Assembly (NCBI GenBank): GCA_051294905.1
Contig: CM119372.1
Coordinates: forward strand, 33,790,001-33,854,000
From: Botryllus schlosseri
Taxonomy: Eukaryota
Direction: 5' to 3'
DNA length: 64,000 bases
Shown: positions 39,546 through 51,738 of the stretch, piece by piece
Position numbering within the stretch: the first letter of the stretch is position 1
Layout of the letters: every line of letters begins with the position of its first letter
Position numbers and translations under genes: made by a program
Notes under the pieces: generated by a model
Told to the model about the DNA's origin: nothing
The model's input: the letters and a program-made list of their open reading frames with translations, nothing else
The model's database searches: none

Positions 39546-40382
39546 CAGACTTGGACAACTAGATAATTCTAGTTCTCTAATTTCACTAAATCAGAGCGAA
39601 TTTCCAGTAATGTAATTCTAATCTAATTTGTGAAATGTTTCTATGCTCTAATTCTAATTCTAATCTAATCTAATTTGTGAAATGTTGCTATGCTCTAATT
39701 CTAATTCTAATCTAATTTATTGTTTTCACGAAAATGACAGCGACAAATGACTCGATATTGGGGCTAGCCTGACATGTTACTAGCTGAAAGACTATCTCCC
39801 CCAAAAGATTGAACTGGTGGGGACGCCCTATGCCGTTTTCATAGCGTCTCAGTCTTGGCAGTGTCCGGGCCATTGCACGTCGAGGCAATGTTGTTGTTTC
39901 ATGTTGTTTATTCATATCAGATGAAACTCCATCGATGGACTGCTGTTACCCAAGCCGAACCCGTTTCAGCTAGTGAAGAATAGTGTTGTTGGGCACGGGC
40001 GAGTAGCTTATTTTTTAACAACAACGACAATAATAATAATTTGAAACTGAAATCAATTTCAGCATTTGAAAATGCTTTATTTCGCGTTCTTCCAGAATCA
40101 CGAATCACATCGACGGCCGCGATTGGTGACCTCTGGTATAATGCAAAACGAGCCAAGCTTGGTGTACATACGTTACCCATTCTTGTGGGTATGGCAATGC
40201 ACTGTGACTTGATATGAACTGAATTTTGCTGTATTTGTTTCGCAATCACAATTTCATTCAATTTACAAGTTTTAGCGTATTCAGTAATTCTAGTTCTAAT
40301 CTAATTTGGAAAAATTGTTTGGCTCTAATTCTTATTCTAATCTAATTCGGAAAAGCTGAAAATTTGAAGTTGTCCAAGTCTG
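39546..40382. mobile_element. hAT MITE with CTAATT arrays enclosing unrelated sequence
   Basis: TIR CAGACTTGGACAACT / AGTTGTCCAAGTCTG, flanks CTTTGAGG / CCTTGAGG (7/8), TCTAAT(T) arrays at both ends. Confidence 0.85.
39755..40145. repeat. Diverged ~400-bp dispersed repeat, copy 1 (unclassified)
   Basis: Same-orientation colinear similarity to 41527-41890, with shared blocks such as GTCTTGGCAGTGTC.GGGCCA and AAACTGAAAT..ATTTCAGCATTT.AAAATGCTTTA. Confidence 0.8.
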
Positions 40383-41526
40383 CCTTGAGGCGACATGAGG
40401 CTCTTACAGCCGCGGTTGAGAATAACTGATCTATGCCGATTGAGAATGGGCCATTTCGGTTACTTGAGTGATTCGAATCTGAATCGAGTATAGTCATATG
40501 AAAAATGACTTAAGCTCAAACATTTATCTCCCATGCTATGATAAAGAATATAATGCCAGTTCTGCAGCATGTTAATGATCATTTGGTATAATTTTCAACC
40601 AGCATGCCTATTCTGTTATCACTGTGCAGTGTGCATGTACACGTGCACTTGTGCAGTTGTGCACTAAGCCCGTTGGTGAATCCAAGATTTCAGACAGCAA
40701 TCACCAACGTGGTAAATGCACCCGCAAGGCAGCGAGCCAAACAACAGCAACGATTCTTGGGGGAGTAAATGACTCTTACAAACACGTCTGCTAGTCACGT
40801 CGCCGTAACATTATCAAGTACTTCGGATTTTAGATGTTTGTCTATGGTAATAGAAGTAAACAGCGTACTTCCGATCGGCCACGATACAAAGCACTTGAAC
40901 GCCTTTTCACCACTAATAATATCGTAAACTTTGATAGGCCTGGGAATGTCAGTGGTTTCAAGTTTTGAAATTGACACATTCCTTAATCACGTTCCCGTGA
41001 GAATGTGTAGAAATAATTAATTTAATGTTGCCATGTCTTATCGTATATCCATTTTAACGGATATGGCAAGTTTTAGACTTGGAGGCATTTGATGAGAGCA
41101 GCGATGGAATTCATTATCAATTCTACTATAATTAAACACTATCACCGCGAATACCGATTTGTCAAGATTTCCCCGCGGGAAAATGACGAATAGGAATTTG
41201 CGATACTGAATTTAGTCTTTGTTCTGAAGCAGAGGTCTCAAACTCAATTTTGCTGGCGGGCCAATTTCCTAGCCGTGATGACGCCGCAGGCCGGGGCATC
41301 AATAATACGGGTATTCAAACTCTTTCCAAGTAGTCACGTTGACCTTATTCGACGGGACATTGCAGAATGACATCGTGAAAAGGTGATTTACGGAGTAGCA
41401 ATTCACGACTTCACGAAAAAAATTAGGTTTTAAATATCTAATTAATATCGTTTTTGAACTTGCTTTAGACTTATTCCAAACCAGGAATCGCCAACTGAAA
41501 ACGGCTCGCAGGACGCCTTTCATATT

Positions 41527-41890
41527 TTGGGGCTAGCGAGTGACGAGCCGCATGTCGAACACTTTGCAATGCTTGATCATGTGGGGAAGCTCCAAAGCCG
41601 TTTTCTAACCGCATCGGTCTTGGCAGTGTCTGGGCCACGGTACGTCAAGGCAATATGCTCATGCCTATTCATATCATCGATAGAACACCGTTGCCACCGT
41701 CGAAGCTGTTTCAGTTAAGTAAAGAATAGTGATGTTGCGCACATGAGCTTAGTAAACTTTTATTAACAACACACAACAACAATATTTTAAAACTGAAATA
41801 TATTTCAGCATTTAAAAATGCTTTACCACGCCTTCTTCCGGTATCTCAAATCAGATCCGGGGCCGCAAAATATGACCTCGTGTGCCGTGT
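41527..41890. repeat. Diverged ~400-bp dispersed repeat, copy 2 (unclassified)
   Basis: See 39755-40145. Confidence 0.8.
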
Positions 41891-41914
41891 GCGTGCCTGT
41901 TCTAAACGATGTGG

Positions 41915-42774
41915 CAGGTTTGTAATGACTCGAGTCATGACTCAACTCGAGTGCGACTCGAGTCATGATTTTCTGATGACTCGATTCGACTCTGCGTGAC
42001 TTGAACTTGGTCATATGACTCGAGAGACTCAGACGGCGAAGACCGACATTTCATTGTAATAGGATAGGATAGGACAGGATAGGACGTAGTTAATTTTTGT
42101 CCTTGATGTTTTTGCGGCATATACACCGACTCATGATACACATACACACGATCTGTGCAAATGCATACCATGAGTGCATGGTGTGCAATTGTGCATATGC
42201 CGCTGGGCAAGGAAGTGCAGATATAGCCTTTACGGCTTTCTAATTCATGCACTACCCCTCCATGCTATCCCAGTAATGCATGAGCGCCAAGCAGGCAAGT
42301 CATGGATACCAAAGTTACTAATCAGGTCTTTGGTCTGACCCGGCCGGGGATCGAACCCACGACCTACCGATCAAGAAGCCGGACGCTTCACCATTACGCT
42401 ATCTTGTCGGTAATTTCGAAGAGTAGTAAAGTAACCACCCTATTGGTATTTCGAATATTGGTACTGGTACTTGAAAATGAGACCAGAAACTGCTAAAAGT
42501 GAGGAAAATGGCGAACCATTCGATATCACCAAACAGCGTTATAAAAAGTGGGTTCAACAACACTTTAACTGGAAACTGAGCAGAGCAGTCAACACACGAC
42601 TTGGATTCGGACTCGACTCATAATACCATGACTCGGACTCGACCCTCTGCTCGATGACTTGGACTCGGACTTGACTCGGTGGTGAATTGAAAATGAATCG
42701 ACTTGACTCGAGTCAAAACTATAAAAGTGAGATTGACTTGTGACTCAAAGCCTTGTGACTTGGTTACAACCCTG
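41915..42774. mobile_element. hAT MITE, 'GACTCGAGTC' family, copy 3 (carries a SINE insertion)
   Basis: Ends CAGGTTTGTAATGACTC / GGTTACAACCCTG, perfect TSD CGATGTGG. Colinear with 8051-8555 apart from the 42061-42409 insert. Confidence 0.95.
42061..42409 (-). mobile_element. tRNA-derived SINE, central region MetaSINE-like
   Basis: On the minus strand: A box TAGCGTAATGG (42391-42401), B box GGTTCGATCC (42348-42357), then GGTCAGACCAAAGAC...TGGTATCC...CCTGCTTGGCGCTCA..GCATTA..GGGATAG, and a (TCCTA/G)n tail. GTAAT is duplicated at the borders, and the segment is absent from sister MITE copies. Confidence 0.85.
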
Positions 42775-43682
42775 CGATGTGGTACCATTTAAATATCGTA
42801 CGCTTTGTAAGATGTCACTCACAACGAGGTAATGTCAACGAAACTTCGTTATAGGAACTCGTTACTAAAATTCTAAAACATCCCAGGTCCCAAAATTGTC
42901 ATCCGCCCCTCCAGATTTTCCGTTCTGGTTACGCCAATTAATATAGGCCCGGACCGAGCACGCAGCAGTAACTAAAGCAAGTCATTCCGTTATATTCACA
43001 GCTACAATATCGTGATATTTCAAGCAACATTTTTCAGGAAAATGCATGCCGGTACAAGACCACTCTTACCTTTTGTTGAAATCCCTTTAATGCTGCCGTC
43101 GTGATCAGTTGAAATGCAAGGAATCTGACATATGGTAACATTACTTGAAAATATCAATATGTCGCAAAATATGTTCACAGGGTATAGAACCTACCACGGT
43201 TCATTTGCCGAAGCGAACCTCTGAATTTTGAAAGTTCGCATGACGAACGCCCACGTAATGCAGTTCGCAGTTCGCACCATCTATAAAAACAACATCAACA
43301 TGTACGTTTTACCAACATTAACTGCTTGCATGAGCGTTGTTTTGTTTTCTGATTACTCGCTCACCCCAACAACACTTTTAAAGTCAAATGTTTACACTAT
43401 AGTTATTTGTGGGATTTCGCAACGATTTTAGTCATGTTATGAGCCCGAAAGTGACAGTATGTCTTGTACTTTGTTTACGCAAGAGAGATTCTCGGTGTAC
43501 GCCTTTAGCAACATCAATGATTGGATGTTCGCCACGCAAAGGAATCGGGATATTTGTGATTGCAGGTGATCTTGCGATGATTTGCCACCCCCTACCACAT
43601 CTATTCCTGACCATATTTCCGGCGTTTTGTTGCCTGTATTAAACGAGCATCGACCCAACTTGATAATTGCTATTAGCTACCT

Positions 43683-44905
43683 CAGTGGTTTCCAACTGGT
43701 GTGCCGCGGCACACCAGTGTGCCATTTACATCTCGCAAGTGTGCCGCGAGAGATTTCTTCGGAATTTTGAAATTATGCGAAAAATAATTCTAGTCTATAG
43801 CAAACGAAAAATAATCTAAATCGAGCTTGATGTGAAGTTTGTACATTTGACAAATCAAAATTGATATTATATGCCGCAATCAATATCCCCCTCGAATTCG
43901 CTTTAGAGGGCAGATCGCGTGCCTTGAAGGCTGCATTCAGTTTTGCACAATACGATAATTGATCGCATGTAGAAAAGAGCAGAGACGGCGGCGCCTGTAT
44001 GACAATGTAGTTTTCTAATCCTTACTGTCTCCACAATCACCAGCGAGAACTGAATTCCTTTGGGATTGAAGTTCGCGTTTAGAAATTCGAATTTCAAACA
44101 TGGCAATCCACATTGCGATTGTTATCGTGCCGGCACTGCCGTTAAAATGTAGGCTTGTAGCACAACGTTGTGTTACTGACGACGAATATGAGAATTGACA
44201 AGTAAGGTTGATCAAATTATATCAGTTAACAAACCTCTTCGCCGCTAAAGTTACAATCTTGGTTTGTTGGAAGTATAATTGAACTGCGGGAGGCTGCCAG
44301 TAGAACTATTGAGGTATGGCTATCCTCACGCGTGCTACACGATGTGCGTGAAAATGCATTGTATATCCTTGTATAGCCTACACCTCTACGCCCCCGTATT
44401 CGTTAGCGGCGATCGCGCATGACCTCTTCGACCCTATAAGACAGTGCATGGGCAGATTTATTGTCGAACAAATCTTATGAAATTGTATCCAAGGGCAGCC
44501 CGAAGTTTCTGTGAAGTCTTATATCAAAATCATCGCTTTTACATTCGTCTGAATACGCCCTGTTTGTTGTAATCACGAAGGAACGATATTCTGGCACGAG
44601 GAACACGGCGACTGTCCACCACGGCTTGATAAGCTATATGAGGAACGCTTTACACCAAAGTTTACTTTTAGAATTATTAAACTGAAGAAGTTTATGTAAA
44701 AAAAGGAAGTACAGAAACATGTTGGATTGATTGCCGAGGTGGTCACTGGTCACATTAGTCGGCATTACTACTGGGTGCTAATAAGTATTCTGGTAGTTTG
44801 CAGGTTCCGTAAGCCAAAAAAGTCTAGAACCGCTGTGATGGTGTGCCGCGAACTATTTTTCATTTCCAAAGGGTGCCGTAAGGTCAAAAAGGTTGAGAAC
44901 CACTG
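43683..44905. mobile_element. Deleted Buster/Charlie-like hAT element with transposase C-terminal traces
   Basis: Ends CAGTGGTTTCCAAC / GGTTGAGAACCACTG, perfect TSD AGCTACCT. Frameshifted plus-strand traces YEIVSK, ALFVVITKER and PPRLDKL at ~44480-44640. Confidence 0.9.
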
Positions 44906-46059
44906 AGCTACCTCGTCGTGTATATGAGACATAATTTACTACATTTTTACTTCAGCAATATAACTAGGCATTTTTACGCATCCAAATGTAGTTTGCTGGA
45001 AACGGGGACACGAAGGAGATGGCCCATGATGATTATCCCCCTCTGTGCATCCCTTGCCGACGGATTCTATACTGCAATGCATGTTTCGATTCATATATCT
45101 ATTTAAGGCGCGCTATCCATCCTCATCTGTGAAGTTCTCGTTAGTCAGAAATATTCGTCATCAAGTTATTCAATTATTCACAATTAAGTTATCTGCCAAA
45201 ATGTTAATAACGCCTTTCAAACCAATACGCCGATAATTCGATGATGAATCCGGCAAACAATATGCAGATTATACGCCACCATACGGAGCATGTGCGTTAG
45301 TAAGTTTTGATTGGGAATGCTATGAACATGATCGATTGAAAGACCAAAATACATCGCTGTTAACCCAGTGCCTGAAGTGCTCCCTTGTGCTATACATAAT
45401 TTAACTTCAATCGCCCTAATTCGGAGCTTGATCAATAAGACTGGAATGTGTCCGACCTAGTACCATCCGCGAAAGGGACATAATGGCCGTGTAGGGTACT
45501 TATACCTGTTAGCAACTACGGAATAATCCTATAATGTTGCTATTAACAAATTTGCCAAACAAGTCATCGCTGTGATGTTAATGGACAGGAGCCCGTGATT
45601 ATGACTTTATGGGCTGTTCTCATTGTAAGCACGCTTCTCAGCGTGGTGCATACCTTTTTGTTTAATTTGTGGGAATTATTTGAGCGGGCAAGCGTAAAAC
45701 AAGATCAGAAATATCTGTTATAGGGCTGCAATCATCTTGTAATGCGGCGAAATAAAAACTGTACCAGATCTTCTTCTTTTGCATTAGTTTTTTTTTCTTC
45801 ATTTAGGTGTTGTCACCGTGGATCTGTTCTTCGAGTTGGAGTGTATCTCGGGGGTTCTCAAACTTTTTTTTAACTGCGTAAGCTTTCGAATTGCGAAGTA
45901 ATGTTGCATTAAGTGTAAGTAATTAAGATAAAACACAGCACCCCCTCTATCAACTCTACCGGTGACGGAATCCACCAATGACGGAATCCATTAGTGGACC
46001 TGAAAATTGCTCGCGATCCGCGCAACCAAACCCGGTCCCAACTACTAGTCAGAAATTAG

Positions 46060-46269
46060 TCATATTACTACTCGCGATTTCGGTGCGTATAATAGGCCGA
46101 TATCAAAAGTAGAATAGTCCGGAGTTCACTGGAAATGGACATGGATATTGGACAGTTTGACTTATTTTGCGTCCTGTTTGCTCATTACGGCTATGTACTG
46201 GAATGCGGCCGTAGGCTACATAAGTAATCGAAATGCAGCCGTGATTAGCAAAAAGGTTGCCCACCTCTG
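46060..46269. mobile_element. hAT element right end, paralogous to ~28780-28995
   Basis: Shares AAAAGTAGAATAGTCCGGAGTTCAC and GCTACATAA..AATCGAAATG blocks; ends AAAAAGGTTGCCCACCTCTG. Confidence 0.75.
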
Positions 46270-46472
46270 AATTACACGTTTAACAGTAATTGCAATTGTC
46301 ATTGTAATCGTAATTATAATTGTAATAGTAATTGAATACATGATTAACAGTACTAGTAATTGTAATTTGATATTTTTAGCATAGGCTAATTGTAATTGTA
46401 ATGTAATTTAAGCATGTAGGGGAGTAATTGTAATTGTAATTGAACTGAATTATTGTAATTAATCCAACTCTG
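46270..46472. mobile_element. MITE fragment made of GTAATT arrays
   Basis: Dense (T)GTAATT repeats ending AATCCAACTCTG. A related GTAATCG/CGATTAC patch lies at ~33190-33245. Confidence 0.6.
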
Positions 46473-47886
46473 GTGCAAACCCATTGTTCGCTGTTGAGAA
46501 TGGTCACGCTTGACTCGCTACTATGTTATTTATTGTTTACGTCAGGTCTTCAGAGATTGTGTGGCGATCCATTTGTTAGTTTTTAGCGAATGTCGGTGTT
46601 GAAAGTTGGCGTAAGTTGTTAAATAGGGATTTGCAATGTAATATTTATTACAGCAGACCACCTCTTTTGTACTATCTATGGCAGAGGCGTCAAAGTAATG
46701 ATGAGTTTGCGGTACCGGTACCTGCATCCTGTCAAAGTTTTATTGGCAGAATAACTGCATTCACATAACGGGGGTGGAACTTCCCACAATGAAAAATTCT
46801 GAAACTGCATTCGGAGCAATTTACGTACAACGAATCTCGAATACATATAAGTACATAAAAATGCCGGCCAATAAATAATTGTGCAATTTCCGAATGTAGC
46901 TATTCTCGGAATCGATGTAAGGATAAATCTGAAGTCAAATCCCTCTTCGGAGTTCGAAGGCCGGAATATGTTAGGGATGAGAAGGAGAGGAAACATCATG
47001 CTGATCTCACAAGTATACTTTTAACACTCCGTGACTAGAGCAACTCCTTACAGGTGCCGTTTTAACAATTTTGCACATGCACATGCACAGTAAATGCAAA
47101 AAGTAATAATGGGATAGCATAAAGGACAAATGGCAAAAAGAGGTAGCATGCGACGAAGGTTGTGGTCGAGAAATGAGATTGTGGTTAGTAATCTCGGGCG
47201 CTGACTAGTATTTACGAATTAGAAGAGTCAGGGCTGGTAGTCGATCTGTGATCTGCTAGGGGTTTGAACTAAAATGACAACGTTTTCACAACCGTAATAG
47301 TAATTGTAGTCATTCTCGAACTTTTGAAAGCGGGCGATAGGGCTGACGAAGTTCCTCAGAGACGACGTGTCGATGGCGACAGGTGATGATAATTACATCA
47401 GATACGAATGGATTGTAGGTGACGCTTTATGAACTGCTGAGGGCTGAGGTTTATTCATGTATTCTATTTATTCGTCTAATATTTTTCACCAAATGATGAG
47501 CGTGCAACAAGTTCCATGAATAACCCACAACGAAAGAGGATAATCGTAAATAGGGCTGTGGATTCAATATTTACTAACCCGATACCTCTGCGTAAAGCGT
47601 CATAATACCATCGCGAGTGGCCGAAGTCGAGCGTGACCATTCTGAAGGCATTCTGCAGGCGTCTACGTCTGCCAGCTATTCGCCGAACTATTTACGTAAT
47701 ATACTGCAATTTATATGTGTTTTGATGTTTCGTAGACCTCATATGATGCTTTTTAATGATGAATGTGCTATAAAATCTCTATAATAATGCTTTTCGAAAA
47801 ACAATCAAAAGTTACTATCGATGATGCGGATGAATACATAAACACGGTGTGGAGAGTTTGCACTCCTTCCTACAGTCTCTACAGTG

Positions 47887-48160
47887 CAGACCTGGGCAAA
47901 GTGCGGCCCGCGGGACAAATGCGGCCAGCGAAGCTATTATGTGCGGCCCGCGAAAAGTTGCTTGGAATTCAAAACATGGTACTTGCGTTTTGAATGACTT
48001 AAACCATTGGTGGTATCAACTGAACAGAATATTCGTTTACTTTGAAGTCTGTTCATTAATATGACACGATCACGCTGCCTGTACCTCGCATGCGTAATCC
48101 AGATTCAAAATAAAGGCAATGTGACAAAGTACGAGTAGCAATTAAAGTCACAAGAAATTA
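47887..48160. mobile_element. hAT element end (CAGACCTGGGCAAAG family), truncated
   Basis: Starts CAGACCTGGGCAAAGTGCGGCCCGCG; homologous to 16310-16594. Confidence 0.8.
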
Positions 48161-48407
48161 CTCTTGCGATATAGTTTAGTTCAAACCTTCTTTGTTGCCA
48201 TTGTAACATTACGCATAAATGGTACAATAAGGTACGTATTTCAAAGTGTTACGTGATACATTTCCAAATCACTAATTCGTAAAACAAGTCAATCAGTGCT
48301 CGCGATTACTATATGACTCATCATATCTATCACCCATAAAGGATTAACGGGCATGCCAAAAAACGAAAGTTAAAAACTGAAATTCCAAGAAGGTTTAGAC
48401 TTTAGAG

Positions 48408-48545
48408 CAGTGGTTCCCAACGTGGGCGATATCGTCCCTCATCAGGGGGCGATTTGGCGGTCTAGGGGGGCGAAAATAACGAAGAGGGCGATAAAGGGGC
48501 GAAAACGGACGAAGGGGGCGAAAACATCGAGGGGGCGATAGCGCG
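48408..48545. mobile_element. Left end of a Buster-like hAT element with GGGGCGA arrays
   Basis: CAGTGGTTCCCAAC preceded by CTTTAGAG, then several GGGGCGA repeats. No matching right end found. Confidence 0.7.
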
Positions 48546-48753
48546 TTAAAACGGCTATATTGGAGTCAGGACCGAAAATGCCGCACCCCAAACCCCCCAA
48601 TTGGGGGTGGGGGCCCGTACTCGAAGGGGGACCAAAATTATTTCGTGAATTAACATAAATTACAGAGTAATTTTTTAGAAATTCAGGCAACTATTTCAAA
48701 CATTTTTCGCGAATTCATATTTTCATATATCTTGATTTTGGGGTACCCGTCAC

Positions 48754-49840
48754 TAGGGCTGGGCAAAATCGAGTACCTGAGTGATTCGATTCTGAATCAC
48801 GTATTACGCTTCGAGTCGAGTCGAGTTTCGAGTATCACTCCTTATGATGTCACAACAGAATATACTGTTTCAAAGTTCAAATATGTAGGGGAGATGTGGT
48901 ACCGATGGATCAAAAATTGCAAAATGATCACTGGCCCTCAAATCTTCAGCCGAGAATAGAAGATCTTTTGCTGCCTCAACACTTCGATACAAGCTCTACC
49001 TATCGCGGACATTTACATGAATATCCGCCATTTCAAAAAATATATATAAACGTTTAAAATTTGTTGCTCGAACGTGTCATCGGTCCCCACCCGGTGGGTC
49101 CAAAGGCACACGACCATGGGACCTATGAGACATACGCTCAAAAACTCAAATTTTGTTAACTTGTTTGGTTGTGTACTATAAGCTAAGCTACAGCAAGCTA
49201 ATTAAGTCTGTTTCGTTGCGGCCTTCAAGAATAAAATTGATTATATGAACTCAAATGTTGGCTTAAAATCATGTTTTGATTTACGCCTAAACTTACAAAA
49301 TTAATGCCACATACATATTACCCGCAATAACGATAAAACACCACAGGTAACTATGATTTACAGCCTATATATATGTAGGCGAGTTTCTGTTGTTAAGTCA
49401 TTAATTGGTCCATCTATTTTGCTTGATTTGGCTATGGTACCATAGGTCCCCCACCCCATAAATATTGTAATTGACTTGAAAATAGTCCACTCGAGGGTAG
49501 TATTGATTCAAAAAATATGTGCCATTATATACCCTGATACAAGCCATATACTTCACATCGAAAATTATGGCGGGTTTGTTAGTCTGAAAGGTGATATAGA
49601 AAAATGCAAATGTCGATCCAAATTTACTTTACACCCCCTAAAACGTAAATCATTCGTCACAGACCCCATAACTCACGCAGGTCGAATTTTTTTGCATGTG
49701 AGGAAAGATTCTGTCAGCATGTAATTGTAGACAAATTCACGGAGTGTAATCATGGAATTATCATGGAGAATTTTTCAAGTATTTTCGGTCCCAGTGATCC
49801 ATCGGTACCACATCTCCCCTACCTTTTATTTCACCACAAT
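48754..49840. mobile_element. Truncated 'TAGGGCTGGGCA' MITE interrupted by a TA-flanked element
   Basis: 48754-48887 matches the left part of 35141-35650, and homology resumes briefly after 49821 (CTTTTAT..CACCACAA). Confidence 0.8.
48888..49819. mobile_element. Non-autonomous Tc1/mariner-pogo-like element
   Basis: Perfect 25-bp TIR GGGGAGATGTGGTACCGATGGATCA / TGATCCATCGGTACCACATCTCCCC with TA on both sides. The paralogous MITE shows a single dinucleotide at this site. Confidence 0.85.
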
Positions 49841-50626
49841 TTTACTGAGCATGTCGCTGAGATTAAGGATTTAAATTAAAGTCGGTCTGATGACAAAAAC
49901 ACGAAACACTCGGTCAAGGGAGAGCGTAGTTCATAAGAACTGCGCAGTGTGCCGCCACACTGCTCCGAAGGCAGCGATCAAGTGAATAAGCTTATACTAT
50001 TGCATATACATTTCAGTGCAGTGGTTCTCGAATTGAGGGGCGTGAAAACATCAGAAGGTGAGCGCGAAGCCGGAGTTTGATGAAAAGTGTTTTCGCGCTT
50101 CGCGAGATTTACCCCCAGCTTATATGTGTCAGGTATTGCCCTGTGTATTGTCCGCCTTTGATATTTCCGAATTCTCTCATTAACGACCATAACCAATAAC
50201 CATCCATGCCATCAAACTATCCGTTGGGATTGCTAGCACTCTGGTTGCAGTTTTTAATATTTTGTGATATGATGTTAAGGGGCGCGGAATTTGTCACTAT
50301 CGTAAAGGAAGGAGTGCTTAAAAAACTTTGAGAACCACTGTTTTCGAGTTTTGATAGAAGAACGTTGATAGGGGTTTGAAGAGAGTTAAGAATGTTTCAT
50401 GTTTACCCTTGTTTCGAATCATGACGGCAAATAGAAATTTTTTGATTGACCGTCACTTTCTCATTACTTGACATCAACACATTCACTGAGCAGCATTTAT
50501 TAACAATGTAATATAGAAATAAAATTAAAGTACGCTGGAGAATATTGCTAAAAATTTTCACTCGGCCCGCCAACGTATTTTCTACTTCTCATTTGGCCCG
50601 CGAAGGAAAATAATTTCCCACCCTTG
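49835..50626. repeat. Composite hAT relic, paralogue of 14651-16040 (no foldback insert)
   Basis: Contains MITE 50019-50340 (CAGTGGTTCTC / GAGAACCACTG) and ends TTTCCCACCCTTG. Confidence 0.8.
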
Positions 50627-51322
50627 CAATAGTGCAACAAATTGTCTCAAGGTCTGGATTACTTGATTGATTGCCTGGATTAGATTACTTTACTGTTTGG
50701 AAAACATCTTTGGTTTCAAGACATGGCTTCTACACATGTATACGAATTAATGATCTGATGGAATATCCCAAGGGAGCATAATATAGGCAGCTAAGAAATT
50801 GACGATGCTCTAGTCAAGAGAATTCAGCCTGAAGCCAATTATGATCACCACCTAAAATTTGGTCATGCGGTAAGATGCTGTGTGGTTTCATAGCAACAGA
50901 AAATGTCAGCGGATGATTTGACAACTGACTATTCCTGAACCTTTTCCCCGATGCTGATGTCCTCTTCAAAAATATTGTTGCATTTTGCTTGCGATAAGAT
51001 AAGCGTACTTCCTTCGATGCAATGAATTTATCTAGACAAGTGGCTATGGAGGTAGAGGAAAAGACATGGGCATAAAGTCTCCAGAGTTATTACGCCTGTT
51101 AAAGTTGACATGCCTTCTTTCAGCTATTTCTTATGATCTGGATATTGAATGTAATACAAAAATGAATAAATTCCACTTCTTTCCATGTTTATTTGTAAAT
51201 TCAATGAAGCAAAGAATAAAATTAGTTCAGAACATTGCAAATGCAATGAAAAAACAATGCTCGTCGTTCTGATAAAAATCGGCAGGTTTAGGGAATGTTT
51301 CCGAGTTGGTTGGACCGATATA

Positions 51323-51738
51323 CAGAGGTGGCCAGCAACGAAGTACTACTTTACTCAAGTAAGTAGGCAACTCAAGTGATTATGTGTTTAGGCTACTTCC
51401 ACTACTACTTGACACTTTTTAGACACTACTTTCTTTTCACACTTTGGATGTTGTAAACTGCAAGTAGTATTGGCATATGATTGCATCCCCTTAGCGCCAA
51501 ATAGCCCTGTACCACGGTAGCTGAATTAATTTCTGGAAATTGCACATATTTGTAGTGATATAACCCTATTGCGTTGATAAAGAAGATGCACCGTGCAATG
51601 TCAAAAGTTGTCATCTGGCATTAATTTCTAAAAGTCAGCGACCTTCGACCAGATCTACCATCATGTTACGAATTTATTGACTACTTTTCAAACTTTTATT
51701 TCTACTTTCACTTGAGTTTCTTTTACTGACCACCTCTG
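51323..51738. mobile_element. hAT-like MITE with ACTCAAGTA / TACTT motifs
   Basis: TIR CAGAGGTGG(C/T)CAG, no TSD match. A related truncated end starts at 52434. Confidence 0.7.

Noticed and set aside
49887-49915. Hammerhead-like core CTGATGA-N9-GAAAC-N5-GTC, also present at 15960-15988 on the minus strand
   Set aside because: Stem I cannot form (AAAGTCGGT versus AAGGGAG) and stem II has no closing pair (C...C). It is not a foldable ribozyme, though it may be a decayed one.
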